A stretch of DNA of 64,000 nucleotides from contig CM075995.1 of the NCBI GenBank assembly GCA_038087875.1, positions 808,001-872,000 on the forward strand, in the 5' to 3' direction. Positions 63,898 to 64,000 of the stretch are shown here, one piece after another. The position numbers and the translations under genes are program-made. Positions within the stretch are counted from its first letter, which is position 1; every line of letters starts with the position of its first letter. Source of the DNA: Malacoraja senta (lineage: Eukaryota). Under the pieces are notes generated by a model. The model did no database searches. It was given only the letters and a program-made list of their open reading frames with translations, and was not told the origin of the DNA.

Positions 63898-64000
63898 CAG
63901 TATAGTGTGGACCTCGTGCCAGTCCTCACTGTGGGACTGATTTAGGATCCCTTGTACGAGAAGTTCTTGCAGAATCTCGGCTGATCTTGGTCTCTCCCTG
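63898..64000 (-). CDS. stmnd1: Stathmin domain-containing protein 1, internal exon (5' end beyond window)
   Basis: From 63999 reads RERPRSAEILQELLVQGILNQSHSEDWHEVHTIL, donor CTG|GTACGT, phase 0. Resembles the recalled STMND1 motif RERQKSSDILEELIVQGII. Confidence 0.85.

Overview
Vertebrate genomic DNA, most likely a cartilaginous fish (skate/ray-like), judging by HE1/V-SINEs, CR1-type LINE tails and Penelope-like repeats. Two spliced protein-coding genes lie on the minus strand. rbm24 has four coding exons (19258-19091, 17534-17411, 16262-16208, 2200-2013); the last runs into a 200-N gap. The 3' part of stmnd1 has three exons (64000-63898 partial, 61387-61247, 58355-58050). This order matches the human STMND1-RBM24 arrangement as I recall it. 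Most of the rest is nested transposon debris: CR1, L2, Rex1, Penelope, V-SINE, Harbinger-like and hAT MITEs, and one internally deleted HERO-like element. Most notable observations: (1) roughly 30 copies of a minimal hammerhead-ribozyme-like motif in Penelope terminal repeats, some inserted as tiny or palindromic units with target-site duplications; (2) Harbinger-like MITEs that repeatedly hit the same TAA inside that repeat; (3) an rbm24 promoter built from a reiterated CGTCA + GC-box module; (4) an inferred 5'UTR intron with a GU-rich repeat array and a possible overlapping uORF. Family and gene calls come from recalled motifs, not database searches. Repeat boundaries are approximate unless TSDs are given.
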